In this document: piece by piece, positions 44,484 to 54,800 of the stretch | Layout of the letters: every line of letters begins with the position of its first letter | Position numbering within the stretch: the first letter of the stretch is position 1 | Virus record (IMG/VR): IMGVR_UViG_3300045988_132849 | Span: 76,252-140,251 of that record | Source of the DNA: a virus | Reading direction: 5' to 3' (one strand) | DNA: 64,000 nt | Program-made: the position numbers and the translations under genes | Notes under the pieces: model-generated | Told to the model about the DNA's origin: nothing | What the model saw: the letters and a program-made list of their open reading frames with translations, nothing else | Databases searched by the model: none

Positions 44484-45515
44484 GTGAAAGCTTTAAATAA
44501 TATTCTGTCTGGACATTCAGCTGATGAATTGGATAAATTGTTTGTGTCCGATCCACATTATGCAGAGTTTCTAAAATATGTAAATTGGCGAAGAAATTGT
44601 GAAATGGGAAGAACTACATATGGCTTCATTGATTATAATTTGGGAACTTTGTTTGAATATGCAAGTCAATATTCAGTATGTGAGCAGTTCTTCGCTATAG
44701 GGTTTACGCACAAACAAATTGCAGAAGATTTCAGATATTCAATTAATGAAGTACCAAAATGGTTAAGAAATTATTGTATTGGTGTGAAGATGAACCGCTT
44801 ATTAAATAACAAGTTTGTTGATTTTTACAAAAAATATCCAGATTATGTTCAAACAATTCTTCAAACACAATATATGACAGTGACTCAATCCGACTTAATG
44901 TTCTTTTTTGCTAATCGTAGCACAGATTATTATATGGAAATATTAACGTCTTTAAATAAGGATTATGGATATAATCTCGCAGATGTATTTGTTTATATGG
45001 ATAAGATAATGACGTTTGAAGCAATTGTTGCTATAAATTGGTTGCTCAGAGAATTGCGTGATTATGCCCGTATGATGGACGCAATCAGTCATAAATTTGA
45101 TAGATATCCAAGACATTTCAAAACAACAATGGATATTGTCACAAGAAATTACAAAAGATTACAAAAAGAATTTTCGGAAGAAGTCTTTAAGAGCCGTATT
45201 AATAAAGAATACGAATTTACATATAAAGGACTGAGATTCTTTTATCCAGACTCCACTCAAGACATTAAAGACGAAGCGGTACAGCAGAATAATTGTGTGG
45301 CAAGTTACATAGATCGAGTCATTGATGGCGAATGCCATATTATGTTCTTGAGAAGAGTAAAAGAACCAGAAAAATCGTTAGTGACGATTGAAATACAAAA
45401 TGGACGAATCGTACAAGCACTGCAAAGATTCAATGATCCTCTAACCGCTGATCAGCAAGAAGCGGTCGATGCATGGAATGAACATTTTAGCAAGAAAGGT
45501 AAGGTGGCAGTATGA
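44484..45515 (+). CDS. hypothetical protein (343 aa); start uncertain
   Basis: The frame is open from 44370 with no in-frame ATG; candidates are GTG 44484 or ATT 44376, the latter 9 nt after AAAGGAG. Confidence 0.45.
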   Translation: MKALNNILSGHSADELDKLFVSDPHYAEFLKYVNWRRNCEMGRTTYGFIDYNLGTLFEYASQYSVCEQFFAIGFTHKQIAEDFRYSINEVPKWLRNYCIGVKMNRLLNNKFVDFYKKYPDYVQTILQTQYMTVTQSDLMFFFANRSTDYYMEILTSLNKDYGYNLADVFVYMDKIMTFEAIVAINWLLRELRDYARMMDAISHKFDRYPRHFKTTMDIVTRNYKRLQKEFSEEVFKSRINKEYEFTYKGLRFFYPDSTQDIKDEAVQQNNCVASYIDRVIDGECHIMFLRRVKEPEKSLVTIEIQNGRIVQALQRFNDPLTADQQEAVDAWNEHFSKKGKVAV

Positions 45516-46063
45516 TTAATATTAATGAATTGACAACAGACCATAAGATTAAATTAAAGAAACCAATGGGATGCTTCGATAATCTTGGCGAGGTATGTGA
45601 GATTGTTAAGATTGATACAGATGAAAATGTTATTAATTTTAGATTTGGTGTAGATGGTGTACATCTTGGCGTGATGTCAGGAGATGAATTGGAAAAATAT
45701 TTTGATGTCATTGAACCAGCTGTTGTACCAGATGATTATGATTGGCATCCATATGGGTTTATTGAAGATAATCCAGTTGAGTACATGGCATTGAAAAATG
45801 GCGGTATTTTGATGGAGACCACATATAATGGAGAAGATGGAATGATTTCTGCCGAATATGTTCACCCTGAAAGTTTTTATCGAAAAGTTAAGAACGGACA
45901 GAGGGGTAAATTTTATAAAGGTGACTTACAAGTAGCATTTTTTAAGCTCAAGAAAATGTATTACGACACATTATATGAAGATATGAAAAAAGAAGGAGAA
46001 TTAGATTTTATAAAAAATAAAGATAAATTGGTATCAGTTGAAGTCGATGGATGGCAAGAGTAA
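45512..46063 (+). CDS. hypothetical protein (183 aa)
   Basis: ORF with overlapping start. Confidence 0.5.
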   Translation: MININELTTDHKIKLKKPMGCFDNLGEVCEIVKIDTDENVINFRFGVDGVHLGVMSGDELEKYFDVIEPAVVPDDYDWHPYGFIEDNPVEYMALKNGGILMETTYNGEDGMISAEYVHPESFYRKVKNGQRGKFYKGDLQVAFFKLKKMYYDTLYEDMKKEGELDFIKNKDKLVSVEVDGWQE

Positions 46064-46284
46064 CTATGAATGATTTAAAATTGATAATCCGATTAGTAAG
46101 TATTTTCATAGCATGTGTCGTTTATGTTGGAATATGGTACTGGATTTATGACAATAGAGATGAATATTTATATATATCATATCCAAAAGGGTTTGATGAA
46201 AGATTCTTGAGTATGTTCTCTCAGATATGGTGTGTTATACATATTGTTGGTGCTATAGGTGCAATTATATGGGCTTGGTGCTAG
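46051..46284 (+). CDS. small membrane protein (77 aa)
   Basis: Two TM helices. Confidence 0.4.
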   Translation: MARVTMNDLKLIIRLVSIFIACVVYVGIWYWIYDNRDEYLYISYPKGFDERFLSMFSQIWCVIHIVGAIGAIIWAWC

Positions 46285-46296
46285 AAAGAGGTGGTA

Positions 46297-46697
46297 TGAT
46301 GTGCGATTTTAAGGTTGGAGATAAGGTGTATTTTGCTTGGTACGGTGAACCATATACTGTTAAGTCTGGAATTATTACGGAGATTAAATGTCTTGGCGAT
46401 CTAACATATATAATGATACAAGACAGTATAACACATGGTTTATATTTAATGCTTTTAGAAGAAATATATCGCACTGAATCAGAAATAAAGGCGATTCTAA
46501 AACGAGAGTTTTATGGCAAGGTAAATGAGGTTAAAAAAGACATTCATACCTTAGAAGATTTGCTGAAATTTATGTATGACAATGGTCTCGCAGATTGGTC
46601 ATCACCACATATAAATGGTTGGCAGACAGATTGGGTAAGTCGTGTTGCAGTACGAGAACTGGCAAAAGAAATTTGCGGTATTGAGTTAGGAGAGTAA
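46297..46697 (+). CDS. hypothetical protein (133 aa)
   Basis: AAGAGGTGGT-ATG. Confidence 0.45.
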
Positions 46698-46702
46698 TGT
46701 AG

Positions 46703-47344
46703 ATGGAGAAGAAACTTTTGTGCGCATATTGTCGAAAGCTAGTTGATTATGAACTTGAAACAAGGTTTACAATTGTTCCAATGATAGGTGAAAGAATTTC
46801 GTTTGCAGAGACATATGGTATTTGTAAGATTTGTGGAAGGGAAATTTTTATTCCAGAGGTACATGATCATAACATGGAAGCTATGGACAGAGTATATCGG
46901 ATTACAAAAGAGCGAAAGGGGAATTTAGCAATGAATCAAACCTATCAAAATTGTGGTATGTACTGCAAGGCACAGAATTATGATACTAATAAGTGGATTA
47001 CTGGGACATACATCGGTAAAGGATGGTTATTATTCCCAAGATGTGAACCAGCAGACCATAGTGGTATGTATGGGTGTCAAGTAAAAGAAGATACCATTTG
47101 TCAATCAACTGGCAGAGAAAATGAATTCGAATATGATGTTGTACAATTGGTTGATGATGACGAAGACGTATATTTGATTATTTATAATGATGAAGATTTG
47201 GCGTGGCAGATGTTATCTGTTTATGGTTCTGATATGATTGATTTAGGAGAAATTAAACCAGATCAATATGTGAAACTTGGCAATATCAAAGAAGATGATT
47301 ATTGGAGAAAGGAATGGGAAAGACAGAGTGAAAAAAGAAAATAA
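46703..47344 (+). CDS. Cys-rich hypothetical protein (213 aa)
   Basis: CAYC...CKIC zinc-ribbon-like N-terminus. Confidence 0.5.
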   Translation: MEKKLLCAYCRKLVDYELETRFTIVPMIGERISFAETYGICKICGREIFIPEVHDHNMEAMDRVYRITKERKGNLAMNQTYQNCGMYCKAQNYDTNKWITGTYIGKGWLLFPRCEPADHSGMYGCQVKEDTICQSTGRENEFEYDVVQLVDDDEDVYLIIYNDEDLAWQMLSVYGSDMIDLGEIKPDQYVKLGNIKEDDYWRKEWERQSEKRK

Positions 47345-47567
47345 TAAAGTATTTACATACGGGCAATTAGAAGAATTAAGAAATAGTTTAGCACTTTCAA
47401 TAGGCGAGGTTGAATCATCAAATAAGCAAGATCATATACTTCGAAAATATTATAATATATGTAGTTTACTTGATACGTTTCAACTGACGAAACCGCTAGT
47501 TGATGAACTAAAACGTCATCCGATTGCAGCGAGATATTTTGTTTTTCGCTATGGAACGAATTGGTGA
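47295..47567 (+). CDS. hypothetical protein (start uncertain: ATG 47295, GTG 47328 or TTG 47277)
   Basis: Overlaps the end of the upstream gene. Confidence 0.35.
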   Translation: MIIGERNGKDRVKKENNKVFTYGQLEELRNSLALSIGEVESSNKQDHILRKYYNICSLLDTFQLTKPLVDELKRHPIAARYFVFRYGTNW

Positions 47568-47785
47568 ATTCGTGTATTAATGCTTGCGACATACTGACTG
47601 TGAACGACATAGAGAATCGAGATTCCAAAAACCTATTATCTACTAAAATCAATGCGGCACAGTACATTCATGTATTAAATGATATGATTTCCGTAAATGA
47701 TTATACAACAATTCAAGATGAAGCGTTGCAGTTTGCAATTGATACAATTAAGGAGAAATATAATGGAGAAAGAAAAGAAAAGTAA
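47561..47785 (+). CDS. hypothetical protein (74 aa), TTG start
   Basis: ORF track only. Confidence 0.3.
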   Translation: MVNSCINACDILTVNDIENRDSKNLLSTKINAAQYIHVLNDMISVNDYTTIQDEALQFAIDTIKEKYNGERKEK

Positions 47786-47996
47786 ATTACATACATCTGA
47801 AGAAATTTTAAATGCATTGCATGTAATTCAGGATACATGTGAGTATTATCTTCATGGCAATGATGAAGATTGCGAAAAATGCCCATTATGTACAACGACA
47901 GGGAGGGCGCCAAGTTGCACGATTAGAGATTCTGATCCTTGTATTTGGGAGATTGATGATGATCCAAATACTGTATGGCGAGCATTTGGAAAGTAG
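47763..47996 (+). CDS. small Cys-rich protein, paralog A (77 aa)
   Basis: AAGGAGAAATATA-ATG; ALHVIQDTCEYY...DCEKCPLC resembles the next gene. Confidence 0.45.
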   Translation: MEKEKKSKLHTSEEILNALHVIQDTCEYYLHGNDEDCEKCPLCTTTGRAPSCTIRDSDPCIWEIDDDPNTVWRAFGK

Positions 47997-48007
47997 GAGG
48001 TACTTAT

Positions 48008-48244
48008 ATGTTTGAGAAAAATTATGGAGAGTACACAGAAGAAGCAGTGGCTGTTGCGTTAAAAACAATTCAAGATATTTGTGCTCTTAACAAAGATTGT
48101 TATGGCTGTAGCATTACATGTCCATTTTTAGAATTACAGGATGGAGGAGCTAGACAAATATGTCATATCTCCTATGATTATCCTGTTGATTGGAGATTAA
48201 ATGAATTTCCACCTAAGCAATGGGAGCCTTTTTACAAGGGATAA
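48008..48244 (+). CDS. small Cys-rich protein, paralog B (78 aa)
   Basis: AGGAGGTACTTAT-ATG; ALKTIQDICALNKDCYGCSITCP. Confidence 0.45.
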   Translation: MFEKNYGEYTEEAVAVALKTIQDICALNKDCYGCSITCPFLELQDGGARQICHISYDYPVDWRLNEFPPKQWEPFYKG

Positions 48245-48275
48245 ACTACATAAACACAAGTAAATAAAGGAGAAA

Positions 48276-48815
48276 ATGTCGTTGAAATTAAATGACGAAC
48301 AGAGAAAATTAGTGGAACAAAATCATAATTTGATTTACTCTGCTATGACAAAATGCGGTATCCGCAGACAAGATTTTGATGACTATTATGGATTCGCTGC
48401 TATTGGGTTGTGTAAGGCAACAATTGATTATGATGAATCCAAAGCTAAATCATTTTCTACATATGCATATAAATGTATGCAAAAAGAAATTATAGCATAT
48501 ACTCGATGGAGATTTGCAGATAAAAGAGATGAACGACTTACCTTATCGTACAATCAGTTAATGAATGATTTAGATGAAGACGAAAAAGAATATTCTTTTT
48601 TGTTAGCTGATAAAAAAAATAATGAAAAAAAATTAATTTTCTTTTTGTGTTTTGATGAGCAAATGCGAATACTAAATAATAAGGACAGGTTAATTATTAA
48701 TTTAAAGGCAAAAGGGTATACGAACGAAGAAATAGGAAATACCCTTGGTGTTACATATCAAGCAATTCAATATCAATTGAAAAAAATTAAAAATAAATTA
48801 ATCCCATCCTTATAA
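48276..48815 (+). CDS. sigma-70-family RNA polymerase sigma factor (phage-encoded), 179 aa
   Basis: Region 2 DYYGFAAIGLCKATIDYDESKAKSFSTYAYKCMQKEI; region-4 HTH GYTNEEIGNTLGVTYQAIQYQLKKI. Confidence 0.7.
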   Translation: MSLKLNDEQRKLVEQNHNLIYSAMTKCGIRRQDFDDYYGFAAIGLCKATIDYDESKAKSFSTYAYKCMQKEIIAYTRWRFADKRDERLTLSYNQLMNDLDEDEKEYSFLLADKKNNEKKLIFFLCFDEQMRILNNKDRLIINLKAKGYTNEEIGNTLGVTYQAIQYQLKKIKNKLIPSL

Positions 48816-49022
48816 TTTCAAAAAAGCTTTTTGCTTTTATTATTTTTTTGACGCATTTGTTATAAACGTACTAGAACGATTATAGCAATATAAGCCGATC
48901 AGATAAAATTATTTTTTGTTCCTGTTAGCTTTGGCAGAGTTGACAGTGGATATAAATTGATGACTTATTTACAAACTAAAAACTAACTAAACAAATTTAA
49001 TAACAGAAAGAGGTAAATTCAT

Positions 49023-50135
49023 TTGGCAGAAAACACAAAATCTAAAAGACTTTTCAACTTACCAGAAACTAAAGGTACATTTCAGTTAGAAGGATTAATC
49101 ACTGATTGTGCAAAAGACGACTTTTATAAGGAAGGTAAAACGCAGAAAGGCAAAGATAAACGAACATTATCTTTCGGAGTTAAAGTAGAACCTGACGTAA
49201 AAGTTGGATGTAAAATTCAGGCATTTGAAAAACCTACAGTATGTTTTATCAAACGAGAGAAAGATGGTACATACAAAACTAAAAAAATTCCTTGGGCGGA
49301 TCGTTTTAAATCGGCTGAAGAATTAGGACTTGGCGAAGGTTGGGCAATTATTGGTTCAAGAGCAGGTCTTGAAAAAGAGACCAATGATAAAGGACAGGTT
49401 GTTAATAAGAAAATTGTCTTAGATCCATTTGATTTAACAAAATATACTTCAGAACATATGGCAGACAACCAGAGTGTATTCATCAAAGGAGATATTGAAT
49501 ATGGAAGTTTTACTGGGGAAGACGGTACTAAACGTCAGTGGTCAAGAATGTCTCCAACACAGATTAGTTTAACAAGTAAAGAAATTGATCTTGATGATGA
49601 AGAACGTAAAGTAAGATCTGATTTCAAACAGACAATGGTATTCACAAATATCGAACAGGAAAAAGAAAATGATGTGCCAACAGGACGTTTTATCGTTTAT
49701 GGAAAGATTATTGGTTATTCATCTGTTGATGATGCTGAATTCTATATGACAAATAAGAAATTAGCAAAAACTTTTAAGAAGAATGTTAAGCCATATTCAT
49801 CTATTGAAGTTTGGGGACATATTAAGACAGAAATTCAGACAGAAGAAGTTGAAGTAGAAGATGATGGATGGGGAGAAGCAGATCCTACAAAGAGAGTCGT
49901 AAATTCTGCAAGAAAAGAACTTATTATCACTGGCGCAAGCAAAAATAGTATTGATTCAGAAACATACACCAGAGAAGCAATTGATACAGCGATTGAAGCT
50001 ATTAAAAAGGCAGAAGCGGCAAGAAGTGATTTTGGTGAATCTGATGATAAACAGACAAGTGGTTTTTCTACAGATGATGAATGGGGATCTGGTTTTGATG
50101 ATTCTTCAGATGATACTGAAGGCGATGTTTGGTAA
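49023..50135 (+). CDS. putative ssDNA-binding protein with acidic C-terminal tail (370 aa), TTG start
   Basis: AAGAGG RBS + TTG; C-terminus DDEWGSGFDDSSDDTEGDVW is typical of SSB-type acidic tails; sits directly upstream of a RecA-like ATPase. Confidence 0.3.
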   Translation: MAENTKSKRLFNLPETKGTFQLEGLITDCAKDDFYKEGKTQKGKDKRTLSFGVKVEPDVKVGCKIQAFEKPTVCFIKREKDGTYKTKKIPWADRFKSAEELGLGEGWAIIGSRAGLEKETNDKGQVVNKKIVLDPFDLTKYTSEHMADNQSVFIKGDIEYGSFTGEDGTKRQWSRMSPTQISLTSKEIDLDDEERKVRSDFKQTMVFTNIEQEKENDVPTGRFIVYGKIIGYSSVDDAEFYMTNKKLAKTFKKNVKPYSSIEVWGHIKTEIQTEEVEVEDDGWGEADPTKRVVNSARKELIITGASKNSIDSETYTREAIDTAIEAIKKAEAARSDFGESDDKQTSGFSTDDEWGSGFDDSSDDTEGDVW

Positions 50136-50200
50136 GAACAATTCTAAATCATTTCACAAATAAATAACAAAAATAATATATACATAAAGGAGTTTTACAT

Positions 50201-51388
50201 TTGGCAAAAGCAAGAAAAGCAGCAAAAACACAGAGTAAGTTGATGACTATTATTTATGGAGAATCTTTCACTGGTAAGAGTACACTGGCAATGCAGTTAG
50301 CATATTTTAAACGACCAGATGGAAAGCCTTTCAGAATCTTATATTTAGACTCTGAATCAGGAAGTATTGATGATTATTTACCAGAATTAGAGGCAAATGG
50401 TGTAAATCTTGAAAATATTTATATTGTATACACTCAGAGTTTAGGAGAAGTTAGATATTATATTGATACGGTTAAAACAAATAGCGACTTCTATGAGCTT
50501 AACGAAAAAGGAGAAGAAACTGACGATGTAGTTTTAGATGCAGATGGTCTTCCATTTAGAGCTGATGCAATTGTCGTAGATGGATCAACAATCTTAAATC
50601 TGACCACAAAACAGGGGTTAATTGAGTTCTCTAAAAAAAGAAACCGTGTAAAAGCGGATGCTGCAAATATGACAGGCGAAGCTAGACTTGTCAAAATTGA
50701 AGGATCAGGTATGGAATTAAAAGATTACCAGACTGTAAACTTTAAAGGTCAGGATTTAATTCTTGATTTATTAGCTTCTGGGGTACATTGTGTTGTAACA
50801 GCAAGAGAAAAAGATGAGACCGAATCTAAGATGATTGATGGTAAGAGAGAAACTGTTACTACAGGTCGCAAGATTATTGATGGGTTCAAGGGCATGGATT
50901 ACAATGCAAAAACAGTAATTCGTACATTCGTTGATGATGAAACTGACATGGTTTGTGCACAGATTGTGAAAGATAGAACACATACATATAAAAAGAATGA
51001 AATTGTTGAAGATCCGCAGATGTTAGCATGGCAGAAAGTTATTGACAATTCTGTTGGTAACAAAGAGTTTACACTTGGTAATGCCCTCACAAAAGCAGTT
51101 GATGTTGAACAGAAAATCTATAAGAGAGAAATTCTTGGAGAAGCAGGTAAGCCAGTTTCCGAAGAGGAAGCAGAAAAAGAAGAATCTGGTGTAACTAATG
51201 ACGGAGTTTCCAATAATGAAGATTCTGTTGAGGCAGTTAGAAAGCGAATTATTAATATGATTAAACAGATGACGCCTCCAGAGAAACAGGAGATGAAAGA
51301 CAAGCTTGTGAAAGAAGGATTACCTACTACAATTACACGAATTAAAGATCTTGGACAGTTGAAAAAGATTGAGGAAGTTTTATCATAA
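50201..51388 (+). CDS. RecA-superfamily ATPase (AAA_24/Sak4-like recombination/annealing ATPase), 395 aa, TTG start
   Basis: Walker A IIYGESFTGKSTLAMQLA; Walker-B-like AIVVDGST. Confidence 0.5.
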   Translation: MAKARKAAKTQSKLMTIIYGESFTGKSTLAMQLAYFKRPDGKPFRILYLDSESGSIDDYLPELEANGVNLENIYIVYTQSLGEVRYYIDTVKTNSDFYELNEKGEETDDVVLDADGLPFRADAIVVDGSTILNLTTKQGLIEFSKKRNRVKADAANMTGEARLVKIEGSGMELKDYQTVNFKGQDLILDLLASGVHCVVTAREKDETESKMIDGKRETVTTGRKIIDGFKGMDYNAKTVIRTFVDDETDMVCAQIVKDRTHTYKKNEIVEDPQMLAWQKVIDNSVGNKEFTLGNALTKAVDVEQKIYKREILGEAGKPVSEEEAEKEESGVTNDGVSNNEDSVEAVRKRIINMIKQMTPPEKQEMKDKLVKEGLPTTITRIKDLGQLKKIEEVLS

Positions 51389-51455
51389 AAGGATTTATGT
51401 GGCAGCCCTTTTGGGCTGTCTGATCCTTAGATATTAAGTGAGGAGTAACTGTAGT

Positions 51456-52151
51456 ATGGCAGATGTTTTAACAGTAAAATGTGCTTATTGTAAAGAAGTA
51501 ATTGAACTTGATTTAGATAAAGTACAAGAGATTGTTAAATATGACAATAGTTATTATCACAAAGAATGTTTCCGAAAAATGTGTGAAGCAAAATTATTAT
51601 CCAAAAATACTAAACATGATAAATGGTTATCTGCATTATCTAAGATTGACGAATATAATCAGAAAGCACGATTGTTACTTGAACCAAGATTATTAGAAGA
51701 CAAAGTATATCGGTTTATTCTTGATAATTATAATTACATTGGTTCTGTACCAGCATATGTTTTTACAAAATTGAAAAGTATTTACAAAGGTACATATCGT
51801 GGTTTGGCGAAACCAATTCCACCAAGTGACCTTTTAGATATGTGGAAGCGTCAAATGAAATATCTTAAGAAAAATCGAACATTTTTAATACAAAAAGGAA
51901 CGATGGATAAAGATAACCCAACACACCAGGTTAATTATGATTTAGCGGTTTTAGTGGGAAAATATGATAGTTATTTACGATGGAAAGAGAAACAGAAATT
52001 AAATGAAGTAGACAAAAAGAATAATGAAAATTTTGCAAAATCTTTTGTTGAAACAAATAATATCACAACTCAGAAAACTGTAGTAACAGCCACGCAAGAC
52101 GATAACATGGATGACATTTTAAGTGATATTTTTGGTGAGGGACTTGATTGA
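51456..52151 (+). CDS. hypothetical protein with N-terminal zinc finger (232 aa)
   Basis: KCAYCKE...YHKEC; GAGGAG RBS. Confidence 0.45.
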   Translation: MADVLTVKCAYCKEVIELDLDKVQEIVKYDNSYYHKECFRKMCEAKLLSKNTKHDKWLSALSKIDEYNQKARLLLEPRLLEDKVYRFILDNYNYIGSVPAYVFTKLKSIYKGTYRGLAKPIPPSDLLDMWKRQMKYLKKNRTFLIQKGTMDKDNPTHQVNYDLAVLVGKYDSYLRWKEKQKLNEVDKKNNENFAKSFVETNNITTQKTVVTATQDDNMDDILSDIFGEGLD

Positions 52152-53701
52152 CAGAAGAAACAGTGGAACGTAAAAGTGTAACTAACATTCAGAGTGAAAT
52201 GATGTTTATCGGTGCTTTGTATAAACAACCAGATTTATATGTTTCTTATGGTGGATATATGAGAAGCCAGTATGATTTCAGTGATGAGGCATGTAAATTC
52301 TTCTATGATATGTTTGAGATTATGTACAAAACATTTACTCAGACGATTGAGGAAGATAAGGTAAATATGTTCATGAGTCAATCAGATGAAAGACTTAGGA
52401 CATATAAAAGATACAAAGGGTGGAAAACAATTTCATCATGGATGCAGGTTGCAGATTGTGATGATTTTAAAAAATATTATAATCTCGTTAAGAAATACTC
52501 TCTTACAAGAGAGTATGACAGAAATGGATATCCTGTTCAAAGAATTTTAAACCATAGATTATTTGAAAAATGGGAAGCAAAAGATATTTATAGAGTGATT
52601 CGATCTCAGGCAGATAAAATTAATACTGTTATTAGCGCAGGCGAAGATTCTGTCTTATTGAATAGTGGTGTTGAATCACAGGTTGAATCATTTTTATCAA
52701 AACCAGATTTAGGGATTCCGTTACCTTGGGGGATTCTCAATAAGATGTTCAGAGGGTGTCGACTTGGAAAGGTAATTTTTAATGGATTCTTAAGTAATGA
52801 AGGAAAATCAAGAAATATGATGTTGTTGATCGCATATATCGTATTGGCAATGGATGAGAAATTTTTATTACTCAGTAACGAGATGGATGAAGACGATTTG
52901 CGAAATTGTTTAGTCGTTACAGTGATCAACAACAAATGTTTTAAAGAGCTTCATGGGGTTGATATTGAAAAGCCAGAAGAAGAAATAGTTCTTGGTATTT
53001 ACAGAGACAACAATGGTAATGTGATTGAAAGAAAAACAAATGACAATGGTGACTTTATTGAAACAGAAGAGGAGTACAGACATAGAGTAGCTACGACGTC
53101 AGATGAGTTTCAAAAAGTTATGCAAGTTGCAAAATGGGTAGATCAGAAACGTCAAGGAAAATTATATTTCAAAGATGTTGGCTCTGATTACTCAGATTCG
53201 GCATTAGAGTTTGAATTTAGAAAACATCGTATGTTATATGATGTGAAATATTGTGGTTATGACACGTTAAAAGGTTATCGTATTGATGATTGGCAAACGG
53301 TGAAACAGACAGCCACAAAAATTAAAGAGCTTATGAAAGAGATCCATATGTTTTGTTTTTCTGTATTCCAGTTAACAGATGACACAGTGTATACAGATAT
53401 ATTCCAACTAAGTAGTAATAATATTGCCAATGCAAAACAGATTAAGCACGTTGCTGACATCTTAATGCTTGGTAAAAGATTACATCCTGACGAATATTAC
53501 AAATATCAGTATATATCAATTAGTGATTGGGGAGAACCACAGGCGCACGATCTAAAAAAGGACAAGACATATTTCTGTATTAAGGTTGATAAAAACCGAG
53601 GCGGTAATAAGAATGTTATTCCAATTTTTGAAATCAATTTGGATTTAAATACTTGGGACGAAATAGGATATGTTATAAAACGAGAGAAAAACGGAGCGTA
53701 G
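52148..53701 (+). CDS. DnaB-like replicative helicase (517 aa), TTG start overlapping the upstream stop
   Basis: N-terminus IQSEMMFIGALYKQPDL is DnaB-N-like; RecA-like C-terminal domain with degenerate P-loop FLSNEGKS. Confidence 0.55.
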   Translation: MTEETVERKSVTNIQSEMMFIGALYKQPDLYVSYGGYMRSQYDFSDEACKFFYDMFEIMYKTFTQTIEEDKVNMFMSQSDERLRTYKRYKGWKTISSWMQVADCDDFKKYYNLVKKYSLTREYDRNGYPVQRILNHRLFEKWEAKDIYRVIRSQADKINTVISAGEDSVLLNSGVESQVESFLSKPDLGIPLPWGILNKMFRGCRLGKVIFNGFLSNEGKSRNMMLLIAYIVLAMDEKFLLLSNEMDEDDLRNCLVVTVINNKCFKELHGVDIEKPEEEIVLGIYRDNNGNVIERKTNDNGDFIETEEEYRHRVATTSDEFQKVMQVAKWVDQKRQGKLYFKDVGSDYSDSALEFEFRKHRMLYDVKYCGYDTLKGYRIDDWQTVKQTATKIKELMKEIHMFCFSVFQLTDDTVYTDIFQLSSNNIANAKQIKHVADILMLGKRLHPDEYYKYQYISISDWGEPQAHDLKKDKTYFCIKVDKNRGGNKNVIPIFEINLDLNTWDEIGYVIKREKNGA

Positions 53702-53704
53702 GTT

Positions 53705-54733
53705 ATGGATGTAGCACAGCTAAAAGAATATATATACGACAATAATTATGTAGAAAATATTCTGAAAGATATAGGCTGTCATCATATTAAATATCATTCG
53801 TCTGGATATTGGAGCTGTGCAAATAAAGATGGGGATAATGAATCCGCAGTTATTACATATAACAACGAAAACCTAAATTGCACAAATTATACAAGAAAAA
53901 TGACAGCAAAAGAAAGACAGACGGATTTAATTGACTTGGTATGCTTTACAAAAAGTCTGTCTTTCCCAGACGGTTTAAAATATCTAGCCAATTTGATCGG
54001 CATAGATTACTATCATGATTTTAATGAGCAACTGCCAGAAAGTTTGCAGATCACCCAATTGATTCATGATATGAAAGAACATATAGAAACTGAAGAAGAT
54101 AAACCAGTCAAACCAATTTCAAAACGAATTCTTTCTTATTATAAGGACTATGTTAATGATCTGTTTTATGAAGATCATATTAGTTATTTAACGCAGAAGG
54201 AATTTAATATTGGCTATGACGAAGATACAAATAGAATTACAATACCTATTTTTTCTGAAATTGGTGATTTGGTAGGTGTTAAAGGACGATTGTTTAAGAA
54301 AGAGTTAGATAAACATGATTTGAAATATTTATATATTGAGCCATGCGCTAGACAAAGAATCTTATATGGATTAAATAAAACTCTACCTTATATAGAAAGG
54401 GTTGGAAGAGTATATGTTGCTGAAGCAGAAAAAGCTGTCATGCAGCTATGGTCATATGGATATCAAAATGTTGTGGCGACTGGCGGCAAGCAAGTTTCAA
54501 GACAGCAAATTGACATGTTAACAAGACTCGGAGTTGAAGTAGTATTTATTTTTGACAAAGATGTTGAGTTAGAAGAGATTCAAAAGCTTGGCGATCGTTT
54601 TATTGATGGAGTTCCGATTTCATACATTATGGATAACTCAAAAGAAGGAATCCTTGATGAAAAAGAATCACCTACTGATGACCCTAAAAAATGGGAACTA
54701 TTGTTAAATAACTATTTGTATACACTTAAATAA
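53705..54733 (+). CDS. DnaG-like DNA primase (zinc-binding + TOPRIM), 342 aa
   Basis: CHHIKYHSSGYWSC zinc motif; TOPRIM VYVAEAEKAVMQLWSYGYQNVVATGG ... FIFDKD. Confidence 0.7.
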   Translation: MDVAQLKEYIYDNNYVENILKDIGCHHIKYHSSGYWSCANKDGDNESAVITYNNENLNCTNYTRKMTAKERQTDLIDLVCFTKSLSFPDGLKYLANLIGIDYYHDFNEQLPESLQITQLIHDMKEHIETEEDKPVKPISKRILSYYKDYVNDLFYEDHISYLTQKEFNIGYDEDTNRITIPIFSEIGDLVGVKGRLFKKELDKHDLKYLYIEPCARQRILYGLNKTLPYIERVGRVYVAEAEKAVMQLWSYGYQNVVATGGKQVSRQQIDMLTRLGVEVVFIFDKDVELEEIQKLGDRFIDGVPISYIMDNSKEGILDEKESPTDDPKKWELLLNNYLYTLK

Positions 54734-54800
54734 GAACAGGCAGGTTATACATATAAAATACAAATTATATGAAGGTGGCACAAATGATACCTCTAATGTT

